Shown here: positions 38,777 through 52,744 of the stretch, one piece after another
How the letters are laid out: every line of letters starts with the position of its first letter
Position numbering within the stretch: the first letter of the stretch is position 1
Notes under the pieces: model-generated
Database searches by the model: none
What the model saw: the letters and a program-made list of their open reading frames with translations, nothing else
What the model was told of the DNA's origin: nothing
Translations under genes and position numbers: made by a program
Assembly: GCA_951406725.2 (NCBI GenBank)
Contig: OX597818.1
Coordinates: 62,186,001 to 62,250,000 of the forward strand
DNA: 64,000 bases
Source of the DNA: Octopus vulgaris
Lineage: Eukaryota
Reading direction: 5' to 3'

Positions 38777-39992
38777 TGTGTTTAAGTATATTTGTGTGTG
38801 TGTCTGTGTAGAAAAAGAAAGGGTGAAAGTGAGAATGAGAGAAGGAGGGAGAAAATTATGTTACAAATTTTCCTAACATAAAAATGCTTGCAATTTGATT
38901 TGATCATTTTTACTTACTTCTAAGCCACATAAAATGTTCAGAGAACATCTTTTATTGATGCGAAATTGCTCCAGAGAAAGAAAATTGTCATTTCAGGACT
39001 AGGGAGGGGGAAAAAATAATATTAACAACAACGAAATGATAACAACAAAGCAAAACAATGGAAAGTTACAAGTCAAAAATATTCTTTACAATGAAACCAG
39101 CTTCGTGTCTGAAACATGGAAGCAAAGTACTTGAATATACTTAGAGTACAATATTTAAAAGTACATGGTCGATAAAGACAACTGACTGCTCTTCCTTGTA
39201 ATGGGCTCTTCATGTTTTGTAGTTACAAAAGATTGGGAAGGAAGAAAGGTCCCTTTTTTATGCTAGAAATTTTAATTATAGGTTCGTGGGGGACACAGTT
39301 AATATATTGTTTGTTTATCCGTCGTTGGACATCAGTGTGTGTGTGTGTGTGTGGGGAGCATGGTGTTTCCGGCCGTGGCCATCAGTCAAATGTGTGCTTG
39401 GAAGGTTCTACAAGTTGGGGACGACGACGGCGACGACGACCACCACGACCACCACCACCACTTCAAAACAACAATAACACACTACCCTCACCACCACTGC
39501 TGCCCACATCGCCTCCACCAGCACCATCATCTATCACCACTACCACCACCACCACCACAACCACCACTGCCACCAACACCCTCTGTTGGGACGGAAGGCA
39601 AGAAATTCGCCCAGGACTTTAGTAGTTCGCGTTTCCTTCGAGCTCCTGCAACCCTGTTCCGTTTGTAGGAGCGGCGGCACCACTGTTGGTGTATCTTCGC
39701 CCGGCAGGGCCGTCTTGTGTTTACGTTTCCCAGGTTTCAGGAAGCATTGAATGTGTTCTTGAAGCGCTTTTAACGCGTTATTAGAAGCGAATGTAGAAGC
39801 GATTACAAGACCAAGTGTTCGGTGACGTGAAAAAGTTGTTGATAAAATTTAAAATTACCAAACAGTTCTCTTATATTAACGATATTTAAGGCTGGGTGTG
39901 GGGTGGGGGCACAATATTCATTTATTGAACAATGAGTTGCTTTGTTGCTGCTGTTGTTACTGTTATTTAACTTGTGGTATTTGAGTTGATAA

Positions 39993-40385
39993 GGCTGTGA
40001 GCTGGCAGAAACGTTAGCGCGTCGGGCGAAATGCTTCGCGGTATTTCGTCTGCCGCTACGTTCTGAGTTCAAATTCCGCCGAGGTCGATTTTGCCTTTCA
40101 TCCTTTCGGGGACGATAAATTAAGTACCAGTTACGCACTGGGTTCGATATAATCGACTTAATCCCTTTGTCTGTCCATGTTCGTCCCCTCTGTGTTTAGC
40201 CCCTTGTGGGTAGTAAAGAAATAGGTATTTCGTCTGCCGCTACGTTCTGAGTTGAAATGTTGCAATCTTTGCCTTTCGTCCTTTCGAAGTCGATAAAATA
40301 AGTACCAGTTACGCACTGGGGTCGGTGTAATCGACTAATCTTCTCCCACCAAAATACTGGTCTTGTGTCAAAATTTGAAACCGAT
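39993..40385 (+). mobile_element. SINE family A dimer; the second unit has an alternative 3' tail
   Basis: Junction gaaataggtatttcgtc at ~40218-40234; second tail ...tggtcttgtgtcaaaatttgaaacc. Confidence 0.8.
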
Positions 40386-40875
40386 ATAGACAGTAACAAC
40401 AACGGCAAACCCAGCTACATGTGACAAGGCGATCACATGTAGCGTTAGGATACTGATAAGGTAAAACGGTAGTCAAACGATCACGTGGTGTGTTAGGAGT
40501 AACAGTGATAGTAACAACAGCCGCAACACTATCACCATGAACAAGCGTTGATCACATGTGGCGGTAGAAGCAGGAAAGACAACAATAGCAATAACAACAA
40601 CGGCAACAACGATTGCAATATAAGTCATGTAGCGGTTAATGTGGCAGTCACAGTAACAGCGGTCACATGACCTTATGAATTAGTAGGCGTGACGCATTGT
40701 CTGTAGCAATACTATCTACACGAGTAACGATATCACATGTGGTAGGTTTAAGAGACAATGTCATGGCAGTAACATGAAATCTAGCAGAAACGGAGCTGAT
40801 GCAGCGCGGTAAAGTTACATCAATCAGAAGAAAGAGAGACTTCAGCAGGAGAGGGGGAAGTTGAGGGTGAGGGAG

Positions 40876-40931
<56 letters not shown>

Positions 40932-41191
40932 TAGCAGTCTTGTTATACGTAAGGTGGGTGGGAGTTGTAATATCGAATGAGCAACGCCACCACCGCCATC
41001 ACCAATCAATAGCAGAAGCACCACCACCAACACCACCACCGCCGCCGCCACCGCCGCCACATTCACCACCACCACCACCACCACCACCATCGCCTTCACC
41101 AACACCATCATCTATCACCACCCATTACAGCCATCACAGCTGCCGTCACCACCAGCACCACAACAAACTACTACTACAACTGCTACTGCTG

Positions 41192-41252
<61 letters not shown>

Positions 41253-42591
41253 TACTATCACCATCATCATCACCATCAACAACAACAACAAAGCCGAGCC
41301 AAATGACGGAGTCTCTACGTGGTTGCTCGATCTGTTAGAAACAGCAATCAAATCTCACTGAAATAAACGCTATCGTCTTTGAAAAGGTTGGGGGAGGTAA
41401 GTGAAGAGCTCCTGGAACATGTAAAAGGAAGGAATGGCCAAAGTTGGAGTGTCTTTGGTCATAGGTTTTCTCAAACAGGGATGAACTAGTGCTAAACAAC
41501 AACGGCGACGGTAACAGCATCGTGAACAATGAGGACTCTAGGTGGTCATTCACACCGCTAGAAATAGCAACCGCATCCCATATCATACCCTACCAACTAA
41601 AAGATATGTGAAGGCGCTTGGCCTCGTGGTTAGGATTTTGCATTCTCGACTGCTTGAGCGCTGGTTCGATTCACGGACCTAGTTGTGCTTTGTGATCTTG
41701 AGCAAAACACTTCATTTCACATGACGCCAGTCCACTCAGTCGTAGATGGTTAACCTCGCGACGGAATAGCACCCCCTGACTAGGGGGGAAGGTTGTCCTG
41801 TTCGCCTAACCAGTGGGGTGGTGTCATTCGAAAAGTAAAACAATGCAAATCACACTGTGACCAGCGATGCGTAACAACATCCGACAGTCCGGTCAAGACC
41901 GTGATGCCGTGATTAGACGATATAGTATGAGCGAACTGTGCACAATGTTTGCGAAAAGACTGGATGGTCACAGATGGATTATCTTTGATCACAGGTTTTC
42001 TAGAAAAGAGCTGATTTAGGGCGAAATGTGGGCAACAAATGTAACTGACCTTGAAAAGATCTGGAAAAATGAATTTAAAGAAACGACGTCTCACAATTGC
42101 AAAAAGTACGACTACTTGAGCAAACGAGTGAACTTTGACCTGCTAAAAATAGCAGCCAAATCTCTCTTATATTCTATGACTAAATAGATCTCCAATGATG
42201 CAGTAGATCTCCAAGGTCAGTGGTTCTCAGGTATTTGTAAAAATTATTTATGGAACACTTTTCAACCCAGTTTTACTCCGGTGGGCCCTCATGGTCAGTC
42301 AATGTTTAAAAATCTTGAATAAAATCATGTTAAAATATTTTGTTGTATTGTTGTACAAGTATTCTTTGTGTTCGTTTATTTTTTTACTTGTTTCAGTCAT
42401 TTGACTGCGGCCATGCTAGAGCACCGCCTTTGGTCGAAGAAATCGACCCCAGGACTTATTCTTTGTAAGCCTAGTATTTATTTTATCAATCACTTTCGCC
42501 GAACTGCTAAGTTTCGAGGACGTAAACACACCAACATTGGCTGTCAAGCGACAGTTAGGAGGAGGACAAACAAATACACACACACAGAGGA

Positions 42592-42656
<65 letters not shown>

Positions 42657-42895
42657 GAAACACACACACACAAAGAAACACACACACACAAAGAAACACA
42701 CACATGCACACTTATAGTTTTTTACACGTTTCAGTCATTTGACTGCGGCCATGCTGGAGCACCGCCTTTAGTTGAAGAAATCGACCCCAGGAAGCCTAAT
42801 ACTTATTTTATGGGTTTCTTTTGCCGAACCGCTATGTTTCAGAGACGTAAACACGCCAAGATCAGTTGTGAAGCGATGTTGGGGGCACAAACACA

Positions 42896-42973
<78 letters not shown>

Positions 42974-43776
42974 TATATACATAACAGGCTTCTTTCAGTT
43001 TCCGTCTACCAAATCTATTCACAAGGCTCTGGTTGGCCCGAAGCTGAGTACCTGCACAAGGTGCTACGCAATGGGACTGAACTCGGAACCATGTTGTTGG
43101 GACGCATGAGCAATTTATTGGAAATAAATTTTAATGACAAAATCTTATATGTCCCCTAAGGTCCCCTGGCTGAGCACCGGTGCATTTGACAATGTAGATA
43201 GAGACGGCGTTAACAAGAAGCGCTAGCTTTAGCCTGGGTCCTGTCGAGTATTAGTGTGGTCGATAAAGGTTCATTTGGGGTTAACTAGCAACAACAACAA
43301 CAACAACAGCAGCAGCATTGGAGGCGCAATGGCCCAGTCGTAAGAACGTGGTTTCCATTCCCAGACCGGGCATTGTGATTGTTTATTGAGCAAAAATACC
43401 TAAGCACCACGAGGCTCCGGCGGGTGGGTGGGAGGTGAACCTCGCTGTACTCTTTCACCACAACTTTCTCTCACTCTTTCTTCCTATTTCTGCCACAAAG
43501 CAGAGGAACCATGGTGTAACCCACTATGGTGTGGTAAACTTTCAGACCCTAGTCTAGATTGCGAATCTTCTGTACTCCAAGATGTTTCAGCTCTCCACCC
43601 GTTAAAAGCCACCGTTTACGGAATGAGGATAACAACGTAGCTTTCGCGCCCGTGCAACCGCCAGTCTATCGAGTGTGGTGGGTGGATCTTCAAGTTGCCA
43701 CACGCATTCTTAGTATCTTAGGGTAGGCTCGAATTAGAGATTATTCTTTGTGGCAAATGGCGTGAGTCCTGATTGG

Positions 43777-44215
43777 AAGAAGAAGAAGAAGAAGAAGAAG
43801 AAGAAGGAGGAGGAGGAGGAGGAGGAGAAGAAGAAGACGACGACGAAGAAGAAGAGAGGAGGAGGAGGAGAAGAAGAAGAAGAAAGAGAAGAAGAAGAAG
43901 GATGGAGGAGGAGGAGAAGAAGAAGAAAGAGAAGAAGAGGAAGAAGAAGAAGAAAAAGAAGAAGAAGAAGAAGGATGGAGGAGGAGGAGGAGAAGAAGAA
44001 GAAAGAGAAGAAGAAGACGAAGAAGAAGACGACGAAGAAGAAGAAGAAAAAGAAGAAGAAGAAAGATGGAGGAGGAGAAGAAGAAGAAGAAAGAGAAGAA
44101 GAAGAAGAAGAAGAAGAAGAAGAAGAAGAAGAAGGATGGAGGAGGAGGAGAAGAAGAAGACGACGAAGAAAAAGAAGAAAGAGAAGAAGAAGAAGAAGAA
44201 GAAGAAGGAGAAGAA

Positions 44216-44246
<31 letters not shown>

Positions 44247-44248
44247 AA
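43777..44248. repeat. ~470-bp polypurine (GAA/GGA/GAC)n tract with higher-order duplications
   Basis: Nearly pure purine strand; gatggaggaggag recurs four times. Confidence 0.98.
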
Positions 44249-44989
44249 TACAGCAGCAGTAACAGCAGCAGCAAGAACAACTGCAAAAACATCAACAGCA
44301 ATACAAGCACAGCAGCAAGAACAACAACAACATTCCGTTAGAACTCACAACCACACAGTGATCACTGAGTTCGTATATGACTAAATGGTGTGTTCGAGGA
44401 AGGTTTTTTTTTAGGTTAACTAATAACAACAACAACAACAGCAACAGTAGTAGCAATAAAAAGAACAACAACAGCAACAACGACAACAATGCTCCATTAG
44501 AACTCACAACTACCTCGTGATCTCTGACGTCACATATGACGAAATGGAAATTAATGAGATTTACTGACAAGGATACAAAGGAACATTCTTTGGTGACGCA
44601 AAATTATTTCAATTATGCTAATGATTGTTTCTAATTAAGGCCTCCAATTTTGAGCGAAAGTGGTACCATCGACCCAGGGCATGGCTGTTAATATTATTGT
44701 ATCGGTTCCGGAAAGATGATAGACAATGTTGACCACAACAGGATTTGAACCTTGAACGGAAAAAGTCGGAACAAACACTGCAAAGCATTTTGTCCGACGC
44801 GCTAACGATTCTACCAATCTACCTTCCTTGAGTAATGACTCAGCTAAATTCATCTTCCACAACCATCTCTGACAGATACACAGATATTCCGAAGACACTT
44901 GGTGTTTTTCCCTACTCCAAGATCAACGTCTGCCACTTATTGATTCTTCCAACCACTGACTTATGATGACTAACCATCTCATGCCATTC

Positions 44990-45373
44990 AAACCCATCAC
45001 ATCCCATCCCATCTATCCATCCATCCATCCATCCATCCATACATACATACATATATATATATACATTCCTCCTTCTATCCATCCATCTGTGCATCTGTGC
45101 ATCCATCCATCCAACCAACCATCCATCCTTTCATCCATCCGTCCATCCAACCATCCGAGCATCCGTGTATCGATTGATCGATCCATACGTCCATGCATGT
45201 ATGCATGCATGCATCCATCCATCCATCTGTGCATCAGTGTATCGATCAATCGATCGATTCTTCCGTCCATCCATCTGTGCATCCATCCGTTCGTCCATCC
45301 ATCCATCCATCCATCCGTCAATCCGTCCGTCCTTCCATCCATCCATCCATTCATCCATCCATCCATCCATCCA
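44990..45373. repeat. (CATC)n-derived tract
   Basis: Directly visible. Confidence 0.95.
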
Positions 45374-46435
45374 ATTACTATGAAACTCTCTCCACATCCT
45401 GGCTCTGTGGCACGTGGAACCAGCCAATTGGTAGAAACTCCACGAATTCCACGATGATTAATCCATGGCAGTACACGTCCTTCTTTCCTACCAACCTCAA
45501 AGAGCTGGACATCCCCTTCCTCATCTCCCACACAACAAAAACTCGCAGACACAATTCCTCCAAAGCGAACGACTCATCTGTTCTGTAGCATAAAAAAAAA
45601 ATAATAATTGAAGATCACAGAAAAAAGAAAGACCGAAACAAAACAAAACAATTCAACAACATCCTCTCCCCTAATCACCCCCAAAAACCAAATTTAGTCT
45701 ACAAGACAGTGGGAGTACCAAGGACCTCTACGACTTAAATGGTTTTTATTCCCGACTCCTGCAAGACCACCATTTGAACTCCGAAGAATGCTTTTGTGCA
45801 TCGCACAATTCACAAGTCATCATATATTCTAAACTATTGTAATCCTTTTGATCCTTTTGGCAAAGAATCTTTACCAATTTTGCAGAATCTGCATTTCTTC
45901 CACTTCTCAGCTATTGATGGTTCTATAAGCATTTCGCCGGAAATGAAAAATCTTAACGTTCCTTGCCAAGTTTACGTCCAACTCCACGCTGCACACTCTT
46001 AGTAAATTTCTTCCGAATTTATCCGTTTCCACATCACAAAACTCAGCATCAGGCACACATGCACGTCAAAATACCAAACGCTTTCTGGATACTAAAAATC
46101 CAAACCAACAACGCCACAAACTTTGTTATTCTTCCTTCTATTTGTAAGACATTACACACAAGGCCTCGCTCAGTGACCCTCAACCGGGGCCCATATCACC
46201 CCTGGTGGGTCTATATAAGATTTTGTTGTTAAAATTTATGTGTAGAAATAATTGTTTATACTTCTTCATGCGCAAGCGCAGGTGTGGTTATGTGGTAAGA
46301 AGCTTGCTTTACAATCACATGGTTCCGGGTTCATTTCCACTGCGTGGCAACTTGGGCAGGTGTCTTCCACTATAGCCTCGAGCCGACCAAAGCCTTGTGT
46401 GAGTGGATTTGGTAGACGGAAACTGAAAGAAGCCC

Positions 46436-46474
<39 letters not shown>

Positions 46475-46723
46475 TTTATTTAATAGCATATATAAAATTC
46501 AACAAAATAAATGAATTATCTTATTGAGATTTCAAATGATCGTTGCCGTTCATCAACAGAAAAAGCACGGTTGAGGTTACGACCATGGGGCTCTAAAATC
46601 TGTTTTGCGGAATTTGTTGAATTTGTTGAATTTTCTGCTGCTTTAAATAAAGCATATTACTCTACCACTGGTATTTGAGTACTCTTTTTTTCCACCTTGT
46701 TTCACATTTATGTGTTTACTTCG

Positions 46724-46773
<50 letters not shown>

Positions 46774-47988
46774 AAAGGCTGACCACTAACGGTGGACAGT
46801 CAATATGTTAGATATAGACGTCAAAATGGCTATTTTCCACGAAGAATGTGTTCTCAAGAAAAACCTCAGCAAAAAAACAAAGTTAAAAATAAGCAAGACA
46901 AATGAAAATATACGAAATAAAAAACTGGTTTTAATTTATTCATTTCAATTTCTACCCTTATTCAATTTTGAAAGCGACGAGCTGGTAGAATCGTTAGCAC
47001 GCCGGGCAAAATGCTTACCTGCATTTCGTCCGTCTTTACGTTCTGAGTTCAAATTCTGCCGCGGTTGACTTTGCTATTCATACCTTTTTAACGGCGGTGC
47101 ATCAGCATGGCCGCAGCTCTGAGCTGAAACTAGAGAATAAAAAAAAAAAAAAAATGTGTGTGTTTCTGTCTCCTCATCTTCGCTTGACAACTGCTGTTGG
47201 TGTGTTTACGTATCCGCAACCTAGCAGTTCGGCAAATGGGCCCGATAGAATAAGTATTAGGCTTACAATGAATAACATTATTTACGACCTGTTCACTGAC
47301 AAAACTTCGTGCAGCACGAAGATTTGTCCGTGAACATTATTTACATTTGACAGATATTTGTCCTCATTTTGTTATATCCGTCAAATACAAATAATGTAAA
47401 TAATGTACATAACTCCTCATCCCTTAAATATACAACTGTGTTACAAAGAATAAGTCCTGGGGTCGATTGAAAGCGGTGCTCCAGCATGGCCGCAGTCAAA
47501 CGACTCAGACAAATAAAGGAATAAAATATTTTAAAAATGCACAAAATATATTAATATTCTAATAAACTTCTAATAATATTTCATCATACGTATACCGTAC
47601 GATTTTTATACATACATCGGATGGCCATGAAGGAACCGTAGAGTAAAATGAGTGTAGAGCAGTGTTTCTATGGAGGATAAACACAGGTCGACACTCTACC
47701 AGCCTCACTAAACGCTTTAAACTCTCTGCAATGGAGTCTTTTTCTTCGAAGCTTGTTGCTTTGGTGTCCCCTTCTTGTAATTCGTTCATCCTTTTGATTT
47801 GTTTCAGTCATTTGACTGCGGCCATGCTGGAGCACTACCTTTAGTCGAACAAATCGACTACAGGACTTATTCTTTGTAAGCCTAGCACTTATTCTATCGG
47901 TCTCTTTTGCCGAATCGCTAAGTTACGGGGACATAAACACACCAGCATCGGTTGTCAAGCGATGCTGGGGATACAAACACAGACACAC

Positions 47989-48027
<39 letters not shown>

Positions 48028-48952
48028 GATATGGTTCTTTTCAGTTTCCGTCAACCAAATCCATTCCCAAGGCTTTGGTCGGTAGCTACTCATGCGGCTG
48101 TTATATACTTCCAACTCATTCATATTTCCTCCCTTCATCTCCTGCAACCACATCCGGGCTCTACACAAACCACTGCACGCAAAACGGTCACACCAGAACG
48201 GCGGTCGCTCTCCGGAATATTTTCCTTACTCTGACATTTTCCTTAAAAAAACAAAAACAAAAAAACTTAACGTTAGCTTAGAACGTTAACTGCATCAATC
48301 TCAACAGTCTCTGAGTATCTGCGAAGGCCACGGGTACAGCATCTTTCTCATGAACATTCCATAAAAAAAAAAAAAACGCAATAAAATATTTATTAAAACA
48401 TCTGATAAGACGCCGCACAGATGCTCGTGAAACAATATATTTTATAGAATGATTAATCCTAATATCAACTTCTTGAGTTACAGAAAAGGAATAACAAAAA
48501 TACGAAGAGATTAGGAACTTCAGAACTGATAACAATAACATGCGGTGCTTTTCTTTAAATCTTTCTACGTTATATTTGCAGATTTTATTCCAAATCCCCA
48601 TTTGTGTTTAACGCCTATGAAAACAGTGACATACCAAAGTCAGTTTTTATTATGTCCTTAGGGTAACAAGATATCAAGTTCCCACCATCTCCAGTGTCTC
48701 CCATTTGAATAATAAAATCCCCTGACATACTTTATTTAGGGGTTGCATCTGGCTAAAAGAACATACTACAACATAAAAGGAAGCAAACTATAACAGCCCC
48801 TCCTCAAACAATAAAAAATTATTAGATAAAAATAAGTTCCATAACATGGCGACTCCTGCTGCAGTTTGACCTAAAAGTTTACACCTCATCTAAAGTGGAA
48901 AATGAGACTCGTCTGGTTCTTTGTTACAATCTTACTGTTTGAAAGTGATCTA

Positions 48953-49117
48953 GGCGTAGGGGTGGCTGTGTGGTAAGTAGCTTGATTACGAACCACATGG
49001 CTCCGGGTTCAATCCCACTGCGTGGCACCTTGGGCAAGTGTCTTCTACTATAGCCTCAGGCCGAACAAAGCCTTGTGAGTGGATTTGGTAGATAGAAACT
49101 GAAAGAAGCCCATCTGA

Positions 49118-49197
<80 letters not shown>

Positions 49198-49406
49198 TGT
49201 GTTTGTCCTCTCGACATCGCTTGACAACCGATGCTGGTGTGTTTATGTCTCCGTAGCTTAGCGGTTTGGCAAAAGAGACCGATAGATTAAGTACTAGGTT
49301 TACAAAGAATAAGTCCTGGGGTCGATTTGTTCGACCAAAGGCGGTACTCCAGCATGGCCACAGTCAAATGACTGAAGGAAGTAAAAGAGTAAATGAGTAA
49401 AGAGTA
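48953..49406 (+). mobile_element. Full-length SINE family B
   Basis: Same architecture as 25292-25748, with an internal (TA)n(TG)n. Confidence 0.9.
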
Positions 49407-49724
49407 AACGAAAGCCTTCCCCTAACATATTTTTGATTTATGTTCCAAGCAACAGTTTAATAGAGACAAAGTTATTTTACTGTATTCTTCATTAACATCA
49501 AAATTAATAGAAACGAAAGCAGTGTACTACAGCGGAAAAAAACAGTAACGAAAGAATTAATAGTATAACCATAAAATGTGAGTAAACATTAGTTTAATTA
49601 CGAAATTAACCTAAAGGTATTAATTAATATATCAGATAAAAGTCTTCAAACTCATTAAAAATGTGTTCCTACTTTTTAAAATTTAATATAAAAACTCAAT
49701 AAGCTTATATGGTGTGTATGTGTA

Positions 49725-49766
<42 letters not shown>

Positions 49767-50142
49767 CGTTAGTATTACCTCTCCTCATATAAAATTCTTT
49801 GTCTGTCTGTTTGTCTTTTCCCTACGTATTCTCAAACGGCTCGACCAAATCAACTCAAACTTTACAAGGTAATAGTATTAGACACCGGGAGTGTCAACAT
49901 GTAATTTTTATCTTCATTTTGATTTAAACAATATAACATTTTATCTAAAATAATCTTCCTACAGTCAGCTATAGTAAAGGAGACTTTATATCACGACGAC
50001 GACGACTACGACACTACGACGTCACATTTTATATAATGTGAGTGTATATGAGTATGTGTATGTGTGTGTGAAAGTTTTAATCAGTTGTGCAGATGTATAC
50101 AAACTGAGGAAAATAGTATACCATTATTAATGCTGATCGTAA

Positions 50143-50560
50143 GGCGCCAGAATTGTTAGCACGCCAGGCAAAACGCTCAGCGGTATTTCTCCCGTCACTA
50201 CGTTCTGAGTTTAAATGCCGCCGAGGTCGACTTTGCATTTCATCCTTTCAGGGTCGATAAATTAAGTACAACTTACGCACTGGTGTCGATCTAATAAATT
50301 ATTCCCCTCTCCCCCTAAGTTTCAGGTCTTGTGCCTATAGTAGAAAGGATTATTAATGCTGTTCTGTAAAGGCGGCGAGCTGGCAGAATCGTTACCGCGC
50401 CGGGCGAAATACTTAGCGGCATTTCGTCCGTCTTTACGTTCTGAGTTCAAATTCCGCCGAAGGTCGATGAAATAAGTATCAGTCGAGAACTGGGGTCGAT
50501 GTAAACGACTTACTCCTCTACAGAAATACTGGCCTTGTGTCAAAACTTGAAATCATTATT
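50143..50560 (+). mobile_element. Two adjacent SINE family A-related copies (50143-50360 and 50371-50560)
   Basis: Two heads; attattaatgctg recurs before, between and after the copies, like a TSD. Confidence 0.8.
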
Positions 50561-50699
50561 AATGCTGCCTCTGTGATACTCCGAGTTGAAATATTAAGTA
50601 AAGCTCTTCGTGATAATGAAAAGGGAGTCTTATTGTGGGACCAGCGGAAGAAAAACGGTTGTGTCATTTTACATGTTAAGCCCTTATAACAAACCATGC

Positions 50700-51270
50700 A
50701 AATGAAATATGTTCATAATCAGATAAGGTGAATCAGTTTATTATTTCTCTTCCTCACAAAATCTAGAATTGCTTGAATTAAAACTAAAAGACATCATGTT
50801 ACCTTTTCCAGCCCTGAAACAATAGAAATCAGAAACGTTGGTGGAATCTTGTTACGAAGTGTTTCAAACTTTCGGTTGAATGTGGAAAGAGGTTTTATGT
50901 TTAAGAATTTATGAGCTCAAATCACGAATAAAACGAAACTCCTTTTGATGCGATCTTCAATGAAAATCCTCGCAGCTCGAGTTAATTCACTTATAGTCGT
51001 ATAAAACTTTGATATCCAAATTTAATGGATTATCTACTCAAGAATTTTATAAATCTAATGTAGATACTGAAAAATACCCACTTTTCAGTAATTACGCATT
51101 GAAAATTGAATCTCTGATTCCCACCACTTACCGATGTGAATAGTTTTCCTTAACATTAAATTCAGGTAAGAACCAAGAACCATTTGCTCACTAAACTTAT
51201 CGATAATCATCCTGCAAATCAATTAAGAACTGCTGCATCATCAGTTTTATCTAACATCTCATTAAGATGC
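50700..51270 (+). pseudogene. Decayed hAT transposase C-terminal dimerisation region (Charlie/SPIN-like)
   Basis: KFNGLSTQEFYKSNVDTEKYPLFSNYALKIESLIPTTYRCE*FS fits the hATC motif F(W/Y)..YPxL..A..L..F.TTYxCE..FS. Confidence 0.7.
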
Positions 51271-51829
51271 AAGATAAGAAGGTTTAAAATATTAAACTCT
51301 GTGTTATCGTTCCTGTTACGGTATTCAAAAGCACTGTAATTGCCTGATTAATTAATGTATTATCATATTTTAATGAATGTTGCTCGGGTATGATCACATG
51401 AATCCGTATCAATTTGAAAAATTAAAATGTTAATTTTCCGGCATTTGTATAGTTTCGCATCTATTCACAAATACAAGTTCAATTTACATCTATAAACAAT
51501 TGTTCTAAACATATATTGGCTTGAAAGTTTCAGAAAGGCTACCAATTTCTAGGGAGTAGCTAAGTCGTTGACTGGTATTTTATTTACCTTGACAGGATGT
51601 AAAGCAAAGCCTACTTCAGCTGAAAAATCTTATATTAAAAACTATCAAGTCGCGTTATAACATTTTTTAAAGAAATTAAAAATTGTCCACGTGACAATTC
51701 AGCTCTACAAAACGTGTATATCGATACCTGTAATAGGTCTGTGCATATATTCATTCTTAAGCCATTGTAATCCAACAAATTTGTGACCAACGAAGCTTAA
51801 TTTTTGATCGACTCATCTGTTTGCGGTCT

Positions 51830-52265
51830 TGATTTCAAAGTTGGCGCAAGGCTAGCAATCTTGGGGGAGGGAATAAGTCGATTATATCGACCCCAGTGCG
51901 TAACTGGTGCTTATTTTATCGACCCCGAAAGGATGAAAGGCAAAGTCGACCTCGGCATAATTTGAACTCAGAACGTAAGCACGGACGAAACGCTGCTAAA
52001 ATCTAACCCGGCGACCTATATAGTTTCTATAATACTAAGGCACGTGTAAGGTTGCAAGCTGACTGAATCGTTAAACCCGGGGCAAAATGCTTAGTGGTAT
52101 TTCGTTCCATCTCTGCGTTCTAAGTTCAAATTCCGCTGAGATTGATTTGTATTTTATCCTTTCGAGGTCGATAAAATAAATACCAGTTATTCTCTGGGAT
52201 CGATGTAATCGACTTATCCATTCTCTTGAAATTGCTGGCCTTGTGCTAAAATTTGAAACGAATAT
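51830..52265. mobile_element. Divergent (head-to-head) pair of SINE family A-related copies: 51830-52010(-) and 52050-52265(+)
   Basis: Body motifs appear in opposite orientations about 40 bp apart. Confidence 0.75.
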
Positions 52266-52744
52266 TCATGCTCTTGTATCTTTGTACGACCGTGACGTTC
52301 AAAACAAAATTTTCATTTGAGATGAAAGGCGTTATAGAGGTCAAAGGAGGAGGAATAAACAATGTCACACTCAGATGAAGATAAAGAAGGTATATGAGAG
52401 ACCCTAGTACTTGGCTGGTACTTTATTTTAGCGACCTCGTTAAGATTAAAGGCAATGCTAACCTCGAGGGATTTTGAATTTTGAATATAATGAGTTGGGA
52501 AAATACCACTAACAATTTTGTCCGACCATCTGCCGATTAAACAAGCTCACCATGAAAATAATGGTTCAAATTTTAGCATAAAGCCAGCGAAGTTGAAGGG
52601 AGGGGGGTCAGTCGATATCCTCGACTTCAGTGCTCAACTGGTACTTATTTTATCGACCTCGAGGGGACGAAAGGCAAAGTCGAGCTCGGTGGAATTTGAA
52701 CTCAAAACGTAAAGACAAGCGAAATGTTGCTAAGCATTTTGCAG

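Noticed and set aside
39339-39668. His/Pro-rich 109-aa ORF, and a faint bHLH-like NNALKALQEHI peptide on the opposite strand nearby
   Set aside because: The composition derives from (CAC/ACC)n repeats; the basic region and helix 2 of a bHLH are absent.
43741-44384. Poly-E/K/R ORFs of 170-203 aa (protamine- or acidic-protein-like)
   Set aside because: A purine-only triplet tract cannot contain stop codons, so it is open in several frames on both strands.
49780-49900. Helitron-like 5' end (tgtctgtctgt...aaacggctcgacc)
   Set aside because: No matching 3' hairpin or CTRR terminus was found nearby.
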